Positions 10,207-18,786 of a DNA stretch of 64,000 nucleotides are shown here, piece after piece. The translations under genes were made by a program, and so were the position numbers. The notes beneath the pieces were generated by a model, which searched no databases, was not told the DNA's origin, and was given only the letters and a program-made list of their open reading frames with translations. Positions within the stretch are counted from its first letter, which is position 1; each line of letters begins with the position of its first letter. This DNA comes from Actinomycetota bacterium. Lineage in GTDB: Bacteria; Actinomycetota; Actinomycetes; S36-B12. Location of the stretch: positions 103,430-167,429 of the forward strand of contig VGBL01000003.1 of assembly GCA_016870515.1 (NCBI GenBank), given 5' to 3'.

Positions 10207-11210
10207 CCCAGTGACGCCTCGGCCCTGGGCGCACGAGCCATGAAGGCGGCCAGCAACTTCTTCGGTGACATTCCATGGTGGACAACCTGCACGACCTGCT
10301 CGGTGATGGGCATGTCGACGTCATTGCGGCGCCCGAGCTCAAGGATCGACTGACAGCTCTTGACCGCCTCGCACGTCTGCTGCGTCAACGCAATGGTCTC
10401 CTGGACGCTAAGACCCGAGCCGAGATTGACGCCGAAGGTGCGGTTGCGCGACAACGGCGACTGGCACGTGGCGATGAGGTCACCCACCCCGGCCAGGCCC
10501 TGGAAGGTCAGTGGATCGGCACCGAGCGCCATGCCCAGTCGCGCCATCTCAGCGAGTCCGCGCGTGATCAGGGAGGCCTGGGAGTTTTTCGCCGAGCCCA
10601 GGCCCGCGGCCATTCCGTTGGCCAGGGCGATGACGTTCTTGACCGATCCGCCGATCTCTGCCCCCACGACATCGGTCGTCCAGTAGGGACGGAAGTAGTC
10701 GGTCGTGCATGCGTCCTGCAGTCGCAGGGCACTTGCCTCGTCGGAGCAGGCCACGGTCGTGGCTGCCGGCTGCTTCAAGGCGATCTCGCGGGCCAGGTTG
10801 GGCCCGGACACCACGGCAACGCGCGAAGGTGACACCTGGGCCACGTCTTCGATCACCTGGCTCATGCGCAGCGACGTGCCGGCCTCGATGCCCTTCATGA
10901 GACTGACGACCACGCCATCGTCAGCGAGCATGCCGCTCCACCGCGCGAGGTTGTCGCGCAGGGATTGCGCCGGCACAGCAAGCACGACGAGATCAGAGCC
11001 TTCGAGGGCCTCGCCGGGATCATGCGTGGCGCGAATGCCGCTGGGCAGCACGATGCCCGGGTGGTAGCGCTTGTTGGTGTGGTGTTGGTTGATCTCGCAG
11101 GCAGTTGACGCGTCGCGTGACCACACCACCACGTCGCCGCCCGCATCGGCAAGGATCATCGCGAAGGCGGTCCCCCAGGACCCGCTTCCCATGACCGCGG
11201 TCCGGCTCAT
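10203..11210 (-). CDS. gpsA: NAD(P)H-dependent glycerol-3-phosphate dehydrogenase
   Basis: MSRTAVMGSGSWGTAFAMILA... Start is ATG 11210, which overlaps the plsC stop (ATGA). The 93-aa track extension is rejected. Confidence 0.9.
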   Translation of the reverse strand: MSRTAVMGSGSWGTAFAMILADAGGDVVVWSRDASTACEINQHHTNKRYHPGIVLPSGIRATHDPGEALEGSDLVVLAVPAQSLRDNLARWSGMLADDGVVVSLMKGIEAGTSLRMSQVIEDVAQVSPSRVAVVSGPNLAREIALKQPAATTVACSDEASALRLQDACTTDYFRPYWTTDVVGAEIGGSVKNVIALANGMAAGLGSAKNSQASLITRGLAEMARLGMALGADPLTFQGLAGVGDLIATCQSPLSRNRTFGVNLGSGLSVQETIALTQQTCEAVKSCQSILELGRRNDVDMPITEQVVQVVHHGMSPKKLLAAFMARAPRAEASLG

Positions 11211-11893
11211 GGATGCTCCTTCCGGATCTGCTGAAGCAACTCGTTGATCGCCGACATCAGGCGCTCGGTGGCCACTCGCAGCGTCTCGGCGTCGAGCGGG
11301 GCGTCGTAGAGATCGTCGAGAGGCACCGGCGGACCCACGATGACATGCATCTTCTTGCGAGGGAGGAGTTTGAGCTCCTTGCGGTAGGGGCGCATCACCC
11401 TCTGGGCACCCCAATGGGCCATCGGCACGAGCGGGACCCGCGCGGTCAGGGCGATGCGTGCCGCCCCTGTCTTGGCGGCCTTGGGCCATAGGTCGGGATC
11501 TTTGGTGATGGTCCCCTCAGGGTAGACGATGACACACTCGCCGTTCTTGGCGGCCAGGACCGCGGCCTCGGCGGCTGCACTGGCATCGCGGGTGCCGCGC
11601 AAGACCGGTATCTGCTCCGTGCTGCGCATAATCGCGCCTACGACCGGGACGCCGAAGAGGGAATCCTTGGCCAGGAACCTCGGCGGGCGTCCGCTGTCCC
11701 ATGTCACGTGGGAGATGACGATCGGGTCGAACCACGACAGGTGATTGGCAGCCACCACGATGCCACTGTCGACATGGAGATTGCCGGTGCCGCTCCAGTC
11801 ACGCCTGGTGAAGGCCATCATGATTGGACGCAGGATGATGGCGGCACACCAGAACGCGAACCCCAGCCGCGTCTTGCCGCGTGCCCCTGCCAC
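11207..11893 (-). CDS. plsC: 1-acyl-sn-glycerol-3-phosphate acyltransferase
   Basis: AANHLSWFDP (HX4D-type box) ...FLAKDSLF...IPVLRG...YPEGT. GTG 11893 is preceded by GGGAG; the alternative ATG 11995 would overlap the cofC start. Confidence 0.8.
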   Translation of the reverse strand: MAGARGKTRLGFAFWCAAIILRPIMMAFTRRDWSGTGNLHVDSGIVVAANHLSWFDPIVISHVTWDSGRPPRFLAKDSLFGVPVVGAIMRSTEQIPVLRGTRDASAAAEAAVLAAKNGECVIVYPEGTITKDPDLWPKAAKTGAARIALTARVPLVPMAHWGAQRVMRPYRKELKLLPRKKMHVIVGPPVPLDDLYDAPLDAETLRVATERLMSAINELLQQIRKEHP

Positions 11894-11993
11894 CCGAACT
11901 CCCAAGATCGTCCCCGAGCCTTCGATCCTGCCAGCCTTCCACGACGTGTCAGGCCCGGCACGGGCACCGCCCGTGCCGTGATGGGATGAGCGC

Positions 11994-12596
11994 ATGCGGC
12001 CGTGGTGGGTGATCGTGCCGGTGCGCTCCGGCCCCGGTGCGAAGACCCGACTGGCGACCCTGCCTGCTCAGACGCGCGCGGCCATCGCGCTTGCCTTCGC
12101 TCACGACACGATTACGGCGGTCCTGGCGTGCCATGAGGTAGCAGGCGTGATCGTCGTATCCGACGACGCAACACGCGAGAAGTTGCAGATTCCCGGCGTG
12201 GCCTTCGCCACTGATCCCGGCAACGGGCTCAACGGTGCCCTGACCGCCGGTGTCGCCATCGCGCCCGACGGCGCAGGCGTCGTGGCTCTCGTGTCGGACC
12301 TGCCCGCGCTCACCCCCGACGAGCTCGGGCGCGCACTGCTCCTGGCACGCGAGTCACCCCGGTCCTTCGTGTGCGATAGCGAGGGCATCGGTACGACGCT
12401 CCTGGCCTCCTCGGATCCCGCAGCGCTTGATCCGCACTTCGGCGAACGCTCACGCGCAGCGCACGCGGCCAGCGGCGCTGTCGAGATCGACTCCGAGGAG
12501 CTCCCGAGACTGCGACGCGACGTCGACAGCGAGGTAGCACTCTGGGATGCCCAGCGCCTCGGGGTCGGTGCCGCGACCGCGAAGGCACTGGCATGA
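11994..12596 (+). CDS. cofC: 2-phospho-L-lactate (phosphoenolpyruvate) guanylyltransferase, F420 biosynthesis
   Basis: MRPWWVIVPVRSGPGAKTRLA...VSDLPALTPDEL. Same neighbourhood as M. tuberculosis fbiD (next to plsC/gpsA). Confidence 0.75.
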   Translation: MRPWWVIVPVRSGPGAKTRLATLPAQTRAAIALAFAHDTITAVLACHEVAGVIVVSDDATREKLQIPGVAFATDPGNGLNGALTAGVAIAPDGAGVVALVSDLPALTPDELGRALLLARESPRSFVCDSEGIGTTLLASSDPAALDPHFGERSRAAHAASGAVEIDSEELPRLRRDVDSEVALWDAQRLGVGAATAKALA

Positions 12597-12787
12597 GCGA
12601 CGGATACGCGCCGGCCACCGTGCGCCGGTGGGACGACCGCCGAGAAGTGGTGCTCGACGACGGTCGAGTGGTGACATTGGGTTCGGACGTGCCACTCGAG
12701 GGGTTTCGCACCCTCGCCGTCGGCCAGCGCGTGCGCCTGCGGATGACTGGGGAGGGCATCGACGCCATCACGTGGCCCGTGGACTGA
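12593..12787 (+). CDS. hypothetical 64-aa protein, translationally coupled to cofC
   Basis: ATGA start/stop overlap at 12593-12596 and GC-rich third positions throughout. No motif recognised. Confidence 0.45.
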   Translation: MSDGYAPATVRRWDDRREVVLDDGRVVTLGSDVPLEGFRTLAVGQRVRLRMTGEGIDAITWPVD

Positions 12788-12795
12788 CCCCGCAA

Positions 12796-12832
12796 TGATG
12801 AAGGGACCGGTCATCGCCCGATCCCTTCATCA
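12796..12832. terminator. bidirectional hairpin between the 64-aa ORF and hupB
   Basis: Perfect 11-bp arms TGATGAAGGGA (12796-12806) and TCCCTTCATCA (12822-12832) with a 15-nt loop. Confidence 0.45.
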
Positions 12833-12846
12833 CGTGCACAGTTGTA

Positions 12847-13248
12847 TTAGCGCTTCGCGCCCTTCTTGGCCGGGGCCTTCTTCGCAGCCTTCTTCGGCGC
12901 GGACTTCTTGGCAGCAGCCTTCTTCGGCGCGGACTTCTTGGCAGCAGCCTTCTTCGGCGCGGACGGCTTCTTCGCACCGGAAACGACGGCCTTGAACTCC
13001 GCACCGGGGCGGAACTTTGGCAACTTCGTTGCCTTGATCTTCACGGCCTCACCCGTCTGCGGGTTGCGGCCCGTGCGCGCCGCACGGTCGTGACGCTGGA
13101 AGACGCCGAAGCCGGCAAGGGCAACCTTCTCACCCCGAGCCACCGCACGCTTCAGCTCTTCGAGAGCAGCCTCGACGACATTGGAGACGTCACGCTTGCT
13201 ATGCCCGAGCTGCGTGCTGATGTTGTCAATAAGCTCTTGCTTGTTCAC
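12847..13248 (-). CDS. hupB: HU-type DNA-binding protein with Lys/Ala-rich C-terminal tail
   Basis: MNKQELIDNIS...GFGVFQRHDRAARTGRNPQTGEAVKI..., then KKPSAPKKAAAKKSAPKKAAAKKSAPKKAAKKAPAKKGAKR. Confidence 0.9.
   Translation of the reverse strand: MNKQELIDNISTQLGHSKRDVSNVVEAALEELKRAVARGEKVALAGFGVFQRHDRAARTGRNPQTGEAVKIKATKLPKFRPGAEFKAVVSGAKKPSAPKKAAAKKSAPKKAAAKKSAPKKAAKKAPAKKGAKR
12888..12964 (-). repeat. 30-bp tandem repeat (about 2.6 copies) inside the hupB tail
   Basis: CCTTCTTCGGCGCGGACTTCTTGGCAGCAG repeats exactly at 12888-12917 and 12918-12947, then a partial copy. It encodes the AAAKKSAPKK units. Confidence 0.85.
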
Positions 13249-13413
13249 TGAGTTCCCCTCCGGAGGGATTCAAGGCCGACCCTATGGCCGGCAGCGGTCC
13301 AACCCTATAACGAAGTGCACCCGTGGCGCACCCCAGGCTCGCCAGGGTGACGGACACGACAATCCTCGCCACTTCGGTGAAATCTGCGCCGATGACGCGC
13401 CGTCACCGATCGG

Positions 13414-14001
13414 TCAGCGCGTCGTTGGCGTGAAAGTTGGTCGGGCCGACTCGAAATCCGAGATGTCCGCCTCGTTTTGCAACGTGATGCCGATGTCGTC
13501 GAGCCCTTCGAGCAGGCGCCAGCGCACATAGGGGTCGACGTCGAAGGAGGCGACGACATCGCCCGCGGAGATGGTCTGGGCAGCCAGGTCCACCGTGACG
13601 GGGGTCGACGGATCGGACTCGATGAGCGCCCAGAGCCGCTCTACGACGTCCTGGTCAACCAGCGCCGTGAGTAGCCCGGCCTTGCCCGAATTGCCGCGGA
13701 AGATGTCGGCGAAGCGCGAGGAGATGACGACCTGGAAGCCGTAGTCCTGCAGCGCCCATACGGCATGCTCGCGCGAGGAACCGGTGCCGAAGTCCGGGCC
13801 GGCCACGAGGACGGAAACTCCGAAGTACTGCGGCTGGTTGAGCACGAAACCGGAATCATCTCGCCACGCCTTGAAAAGGCCATCTTCGAACCCATGCCGG
13901 GTGATCCGCTTGAGGTACTCGGCCGGGATGATCTGGTCGGTGTCGACATTGCTACGGCGCAGCGGCGCAGCGGTGCCGGTATGGACGGTGAAAGCCTCCA
14001 C
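13414..14001 (-). CDS. leuD: 3-isopropylmalate dehydratase small subunit
   Basis: [26 protein letters not shown]...[16 protein letters not shown] 14001 is preceded by AAGGAG, 10 nt after the leuC stop. Confidence 0.9.
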   Translation of the reverse strand: MEAFTVHTGTAAPLRRSNVDTDQIIPAEYLKRITRHGFEDGLFKAWRDDSGFVLNQPQYFGVSVLVAGPDFGTGSSREHAVWALQDYGFQVVISSRFADIFRGNSGKAGLLTALVDQDVVERLWALIESDPSTPVTVDLAAQTISAGDVVASFDVDPYVRWRLLEGLDDIGITLQNEADISDFESARPTFTPTTR

Positions 14002-14011
14002 GTGCGTCTCC

Positions 14012-15415
14012 TTATCGAGCCAGGTCGGCGGGCGAGGCGAAGCGTCCGGTGACCGCGGTGGCCGCGGCCACCTGCGGCGACACAAGGTGGGTGCGACCGC
14101 CCGGGCCCTGGCGCCCTTCGAAGTTGCGGTTGGAGGTCGAGGCGCTGCGCTCCCCCGGCGTGAGCTTGTCGGGGTTCATCGCCAGGCACATCGAGCAGCC
14201 GGCCTCGCGCCATTCGGCGCCGGCCTGCGTGAAGACCTTGTCGAGCCCTTCGGACATCGCCTGCAGGCGCACCTTGGCCGAGCCGGGGACGACGAGCATG
14301 CGCACGCCGTCGGCGACCTGGCGACCCTCGAGCACGGCGGCAGCCGCGCGCAGGTCCTCGATCCGGCCATTGGTGCACGAACCCACAAAGACGGTGTCGA
14401 CGGGGATCTCTCGCATGGGGGTGCCCGGCGTCAACGCCATGTACGCAAGGGCGCGCTCGATCGAGGCCCGCTCGACATCATCGGCGGCATCCTCAGGGGA
14501 AGGGACCGAACCCGACAGGGGGATGCCCTGCCCGGGGTTGGTGCCCCAGGTGACGAAGGGACTCAACTCGGAGGCCTCGATCACCACTTCTTTGTCGAAC
14601 GTCGCATCCGCATCGGTGACGAGGGTTTTCCAGTAGGCGAGGGCCGCGTCCCAGTCGGCGCCCCTAGGCGCATGCTCGCGCCCCTCGATATAGGCGAATG
14701 TGGTCTCGTCGGGGGCCACCATGCCAGCTCGAGCACCGCCCTCGATCGACATGTTGCACAAGGTCATGCGACCTTCCATTGAGAGCTCGCACACGCCTTC
14801 TCCGCGGTATTCGATGACGTAGCCCTGGCCGCCGCCGGTGCCGATTTTGGCAATGACCGCGAGGATGACGTCCTTCGCGGTGACGCCGTCGGGCAGCGAG
14901 CCATGGACGGTGACCGCCATGGTCTTGAACGGCTTCAGCGGCAAAGTCTGCGTGGCCAGCACGTGCTCCACCTCGCTGGTGCCGATGCCGAAGGCCAGTG
15001 CCCCGAAAGCGCCGTGGGTCGAGGTGTGGGAGTCGCCGCACACGACGGTCATGCCCGGCTGGGTGAGGCCGAGCTGGGGACCGACGACGTGCACGATGCC
15101 CTGCTCGGCACTGCCGAGCGGAAACAGCGGCACGTCGAACTCCGCGCAGTTCTTACGCAGTGCCTCCACCTGCGCGCGCGACACGGGGTCGGCGATCGGC
15201 TTGTCGATGTCGATTGTGGGGACGTTGTGGTCCTCGGTGGCCAGGGTGAGGTCGGGGCGGCGTACGGGCCGCCCCGTGGCGCGGAGGGCGTCGAATGCCT
15301 GCGGGCTGGTGACTTCGTGGACGAGGTGGAGGTCGATGTAGAGCAGGTCTGGCTCGCCTTCGGCGCGGCGCACCACGTGCGCATCCCAGACCTTCTCGGC
15401 GAGCGTCTTGCCCAT
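14012..15415 (-). CDS. leuC: 3-isopropylmalate dehydratase large subunit
   Basis: [13 protein letters not shown]...[12 protein letters not shown]...[23 protein letters not shown]. Start is ATG 15415, preceded by GAAGGAG. Confidence 0.92.
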   Translation of the reverse strand: MGKTLAEKVWDAHVVRRAEGEPDLLYIDLHLVHEVTSPQAFDALRATGRPVRRPDLTLATEDHNVPTIDIDKPIADPVSRAQVEALRKNCAEFDVPLFPLGSAEQGIVHVVGPQLGLTQPGMTVVCGDSHTSTHGAFGALAFGIGTSEVEHVLATQTLPLKPFKTMAVTVHGSLPDGVTAKDVILAVIAKIGTGGGQGYVIEYRGEGVCELSMEGRMTLCNMSIEGGARAGMVAPDETTFAYIEGREHAPRGADWDAALAYWKTLVTDADATFDKEVVIEASELSPFVTWGTNPGQGIPLSGSVPSPEDAADDVERASIERALAYMALTPGTPMREIPVDTVFVGSCTNGRIEDLRAAAAVLEGRQVADGVRMLVVPGSAKVRLQAMSEGLDKVFTQAGAEWREAGCSMCLAMNPDKLTPGERSASTSNRNFEGRQGPGGRTHLVSPQVAAATAVTGRFASPADLAR

Positions 15416-15458
15416 GCGCACTCCTTCGGGGAATGGCAACAGGGTAGCCGCGCATGCA

Positions 15459-15518
15459 AGAAGGCCCAACCCCGAGGGGTCGGGCCTTCTTGCGCTCCGC
15501 GGATCGGTGGATCCGCGG
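15459..15518 (-). terminator. two tandem hairpins downstream of tRNA-Glu (end of the gltX-tRNA unit)
   Basis: CCGCGGATC-GGTG-GATCCGCGG (15497-15518), and AGAAGGCCC...GGGCCTTCT with an inner ACCCC/GGGGT stem (15459-15490). U-tracts are weak. Confidence 0.4.
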
Positions 15519-15527
15519 ACCTTTGCG

Positions 15528-15600
15528 TAGCCCCGACGGGATTCGAACCCGCGCTACCGCCTTGAGAGGGCGGCGTGCTAGGCCGCTACACAACGGGGCC
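15528..15600 (-). tRNA. tRNA-Glu (anticodon CUC)
   Basis: Minus strand GGCCCCGTTGTGTAGCGGCCTAGCACGCCGCCCTCTCAAGGCGGTAGCGCGGGTTCGAATCCCGTCGGGGCTA. It forms a cloverleaf with anticodon loop CU-CUC-AA and T-loop GGTTCGAATCC. CCA is not encoded. Confidence 0.9.
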
Positions 15601-15629
15601 ATGCGCACGCGAGAGAGCACGTGCACTCG

Positions 15630-15701
15630 CTGGGGTACCAGGACTCGAACCTAGACTAACTGAACCAGAATCAGTTGGGCTGCCAATTACCCCATACCCC
15701 A
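15630..15701 (-). tRNA. tRNA-Gln (anticodon CUG)
   Basis: Minus strand TGGGGTATGGGGTAATTGGCAGCCCAACTGATTCTGGTTCAGTTAGTCTAGGTTCGAGTCCTGGTACCCCAG. Anticodon stem ACTGA/TCAGT with loop TT-CTG-GT. Confidence 0.9.
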
Positions 15702-15751
15702 TGGGACCTCAGGGCAGTTGCCGCGAGGCGCAAGGAGTATAGCCAGCGGAC

Positions 15752-17224
15752 CTAGGGGCGACGTGCTGCGGTCAACCGACCCACGGCTCGCTCGCGACCG
15801 AGGATCTCCAGGCTCTCGAAGAGCGGGGGCGACACACGGCGCCCCGTGACAGCGATGCGCACCGCTCCGAACGCCACCTTGGGCTTTAGGCCCAGACCGT
15901 CGATGAGCGCGCCTCGCAGAGCCGCCTGCAGCGACGCCGCATCCCAGGCATCAAGGACGCTCAACGCGTCGAGCGCCGCGACGACGACCTGCTGGGACTG
16001 CTCGTCGGAGATGTCCTGGTCGGGATCGATGGCGAACGCCGGCTCGGCGACGAAGAGGAAGCCGAGCATGCCGACGGCCTGGCCGAGGGTCTCCATGCGC
16101 TCCTGCACGAGCGGCACTGCCTGCATGAGGACGGCCCACTCAGAGTCCGAGATGGGGTCCTGGACGAGGCCGTCGCGCTCGAGGAAGGGCACGATGCGCC
16201 GGCCGATCTCCTCGGCGGGCAGCGAGCGGATCCAGTCCCCGTTGATGGCGGTGCACTTCTTCAGGTCGAAGCGCGCCGGGTTGGGGCTCACGCGCGAGAC
16301 GTCGAAAGCCTCGGCCATCTCGGGCAGGGAGAAGAACTCGCGGTCCTCCCCCATCGACCAGCCCAGTAGGGCCAGGTAGTTGAGCAGCGCCTCGGGCAGG
16401 TAGCCGTTCTCGCGATACATAAGCAGCGAGGACTCCGGATCGCGCTTGGACAGCTTCTTGTTGCCCTGGCCCATGACATAGGGCAGGTGGCCGAAGCGCG
16501 GAGTCCTTCCGTCGCCCACGCCGATCGCCGCGAGGGCCTGATACATCGCGAGCTGACGGGGTGTCGACGAAAGGAGGTCTTCTCCGCGCAACACGTGAGT
16601 GATGCGCATTAGCGCGTCATCGACAGGGTTGACGAGTGTGTAGAGGGGGTCGCCGTTAGCGCGCACGATGACGTAGTCGGGCACGTGCTCGCGACCGAAG
16701 GTCACCTCACCGCGCACGAGGTCGTCCCAGGTCCAGTCCTGCTCCGGCATCGCGAAGCGCGTGACCGAAGTGCGCCCTTCGGCCTCGAACGCCGCGCGCT
16801 GGTCAGGGGTCAGGTGACGGCAGCGCCCGGAATAGCCCTGCGTGCGCCCGGCAGCGCGCGCGGCCTCACGCTCGGCCTCGAGCTCCCCGGCCGTGCAGTA
16901 GCAGGGGTAGGCGTGTCCGGCCTCGACGAGCCTGCGCGCGACATCGGCGGAGATGTCCATGCGCTCGGACTGGCGGTAGGGGCCGTAGGGGCCGCCTACC
17001 TCGGGGCCCTCGTCCCAGTCGAGGCCGAGCCAGCGCAAGGAGTCCAGGAGCGCGATGTAAGAGTCCTCGGAGTCGCGCTCAGCGTCGGTGTCCTCGATGC
17101 GGAAGACGAAGGTGCCGCCGTGGTGGCGGGCGAAGGCCCAGTTGAACAGCGCGGTGCGCACCATGCCGACGTGCGGATTGCCAGTTGGCGAAGGGCAGAA
17201 GCGCACGCGGATATCGCTAGACAC
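15752..17224 (-). CDS. gltX: glutamate--tRNA ligase
   Basis: RVRFCPSPTGNPHVGMVRTALFNW (HIGH-type motif) and KLSKRD (KMSKS). GTG start at 17224. Confidence 0.92.
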   Translation of the reverse strand: MSSDIRVRFCPSPTGNPHVGMVRTALFNWAFARHHGGTFVFRIEDTDAERDSEDSYIALLDSLRWLGLDWDEGPEVGGPYGPYRQSERMDISADVARRLVEAGHAYPCYCTAGELEAEREAARAAGRTQGYSGRCRHLTPDQRAAFEAEGRTSVTRFAMPEQDWTWDDLVRGEVTFGREHVPDYVIVRANGDPLYTLVNPVDDALMRITHVLRGEDLLSSTPRQLAMYQALAAIGVGDGRTPRFGHLPYVMGQGNKKLSKRDPESSLLMYRENGYLPEALLNYLALLGWSMGEDREFFSLPEMAEAFDVSRVSPNPARFDLKKCTAINGDWIRSLPAEEIGRRIVPFLERDGLVQDPISDSEWAVLMQAVPLVQERMETLGQAVGMLGFLFVAEPAFAIDPDQDISDEQSQQVVVAALDALSVLDAWDAASLQAALRGALIDGLGLKPKVAFGAVRIAVTGRRVSPPLFESLEILGRERAVGRLTAARRP

Positions 17225-17225
17225 G

Positions 17226-17984
17226 TCAGGAGCCTATCGACGGGGCCGGCAGCGCGATCACCGCGTAGACGAGCGCGCGATCCCAGGCATAGGCCCCGTT
17301 GACGCTGGCGACGCCGAGGCCGGCGGCAAGTCGCTCCCCCAGCGCTGCGGTCCACGTGCCGGAATCCGTTCTCCGTGCCCAGGACGTCACCGGCTGCACG
17401 GATTGGCACTCAGAAGCGTCGGTGCAGACCGATGCCTCGTCGAAGCCGACGAAGCGCTGCACGCGGGCATGCGAAGCCTTGAAGAGCGCCTCCTTCGCGG
17501 CGAAAGCAAGGCTCACGGCCGCGTCGCTGGGCTGCGCGGCGAGCTCGCTGGGCGTCAGGCATCGACGTACGACGGCCCGCAGGCGATCGCCCTCCAGAAG
17601 CGGGGCGATGTCGATGCCGATGCCACCGGCCGACTCACGGGCCACAGCGCAGGCCACGCCCCCGTAGTGCGAGATGGAGCCCTCGACCCCCTCGGGCCAG
17701 CGCGGCGATCCGTCGTCGGCTCGGCCGATCTGCGCATCCGCACCGGTCAGCGAACGCACCGCCTCGCGCGCGGTCAGGCGTCCGGCCAGAAAGTCGGCAC
17801 GGCGGAGCCCGACGGGGGCGGCTGCGTCGTCCCGCCGGGCCGAGTCGGCGGCGTCGCGCATCGCCTCGGGCCACTCGCCCGCGGGCATCGCGGCAATCAG
17901 GGCAGCAACAGTGGCGACATCGACGCGCGCGCCGTGGCAGCCCAGTGGCAGCGCCACCGGCAGCGGGGCGAAGGTCGGGGTCAT
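17226..17984 (-). CDS. 4'-phosphopantetheinyl transferase (EntD/Sfp type)
   Basis: RRADFLAGRLTAREAV...GSISHYGG...GIGIDIAP...FAAKEALFKA. ATGA overlap with the upstream FAH gene; its stop lies 1 nt before the gltX start. Confidence 0.75.
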   Translation of the reverse strand: MTPTFAPLPVALPLGCHGARVDVATVAALIAAMPAGEWPEAMRDAADSARRDDAAAPVGLRRADFLAGRLTAREAVRSLTGADAQIGRADDGSPRWPEGVEGSISHYGGVACAVARESAGGIGIDIAPLLEGDRLRAVVRRCLTPSELAAQPSDAAVSLAFAAKEALFKASHARVQRFVGFDEASVCTDASECQSVQPVTSWARRTDSGTWTAALGERLAAGLGVASVNGAYAWDRALVYAVIALPAPSIGS

Positions 17985-18766
17985 CCCCCGACGGTATTGA
18001 CCAGGGTGCCGATCCCCTGGATCGTGACGGCGACCTCGTCACCGGCCACGATCGGGCTGACGCCCGCGGGGGTGCCGGTGAGGATGACATCGCCGGGCAG
18101 CAGCGTCATGACCGTGCTGATCCACGACACGAGCTCGGGTACCCCGCGCACCATCTCCGAGGTGCGCGACTCCTGGCGGATATCGCCATTGACATCACAA
18201 GCGATCGCCAGATCACTCGGATCCTCGTCGGTGTTGATCCAGGGCCCGAGGGGGCAGAAGGTGTCGAAGCCCTTGGCGCGACCCCACTGGCCGTCGGTGC
18301 GCTGCAGGTCGCGCGCGGTGACGTCGTTGGCGCAGGTGTAGCCCAAGACGACCTCTTTCACGCGCTCGCGCGGCACCTCCTTGCACAGCCGGCCGATGAC
18401 GATGGCGAGCTCGGCCTCGTGCTCGATCTGCTGCGACATCGCGGGCAGGTCGATGGTGTCGCCCGGGCCGATCACCGATGTGCTCGGCTTGAGGAAGATC
18501 ATCGGCTCAGCGGGCACGTCGCCCCCCATCTCCTTGGCGTGCTCGGCGTAGTTCTTGCCGACGGCGATGATCTTGCTCGGTAGCACGGGCGCGAGCAGTC
18601 GCACCTGCGAGCCGAGCAGCTCCTGACCGGTGTAGGTGATCTCGCCAAAGGGGTGCGCGTCGATGACGCGCAGCCGGGCGTCGGCGGGCAGGTCGCTGCC
18701 GCCGGGCTCCTCCAGGACGCAGACGAAGTGGACCTCGGACTGGAAGGAGACGCGGGCAATCAGCAC
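17981..18766 (-). CDS. fumarylacetoacetate hydrolase (FAH) family protein
   Basis: ...KIIAVGKNYAEHAKEMGG...PMIFLKPSTSVIGPGDTIDLP...EAELAIVIG...DVTARDLQ... Confidence 0.85.
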   Translation of the reverse strand: MLIARVSFQSEVHFVCVLEEPGGSDLPADARLRVIDAHPFGEITYTGQELLGSQVRLLAPVLPSKIIAVGKNYAEHAKEMGGDVPAEPMIFLKPSTSVIGPGDTIDLPAMSQQIEHEAELAIVIGRLCKEVPRERVKEVVLGYTCANDVTARDLQRTDGQWGRAKGFDTFCPLGPWINTDEDPSDLAIACDVNGDIRQESRTSEMVRGVPELVSWISTVMTLLPGDVILTGTPAGVSPIVAGDEVAVTIQGIGTLVNTVGG

Positions 18767-18786
18767 GGCGGGACCCTATCTGACGG

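Noticed and set aside
12888-12964. 30-bp direct repeats as a possible CRISPR or minisatellite
   Set aside because: The repeats are contiguous with no spacers, are in frame, and lie inside the hupB coding sequence. They encode the Lys/Ala tail.
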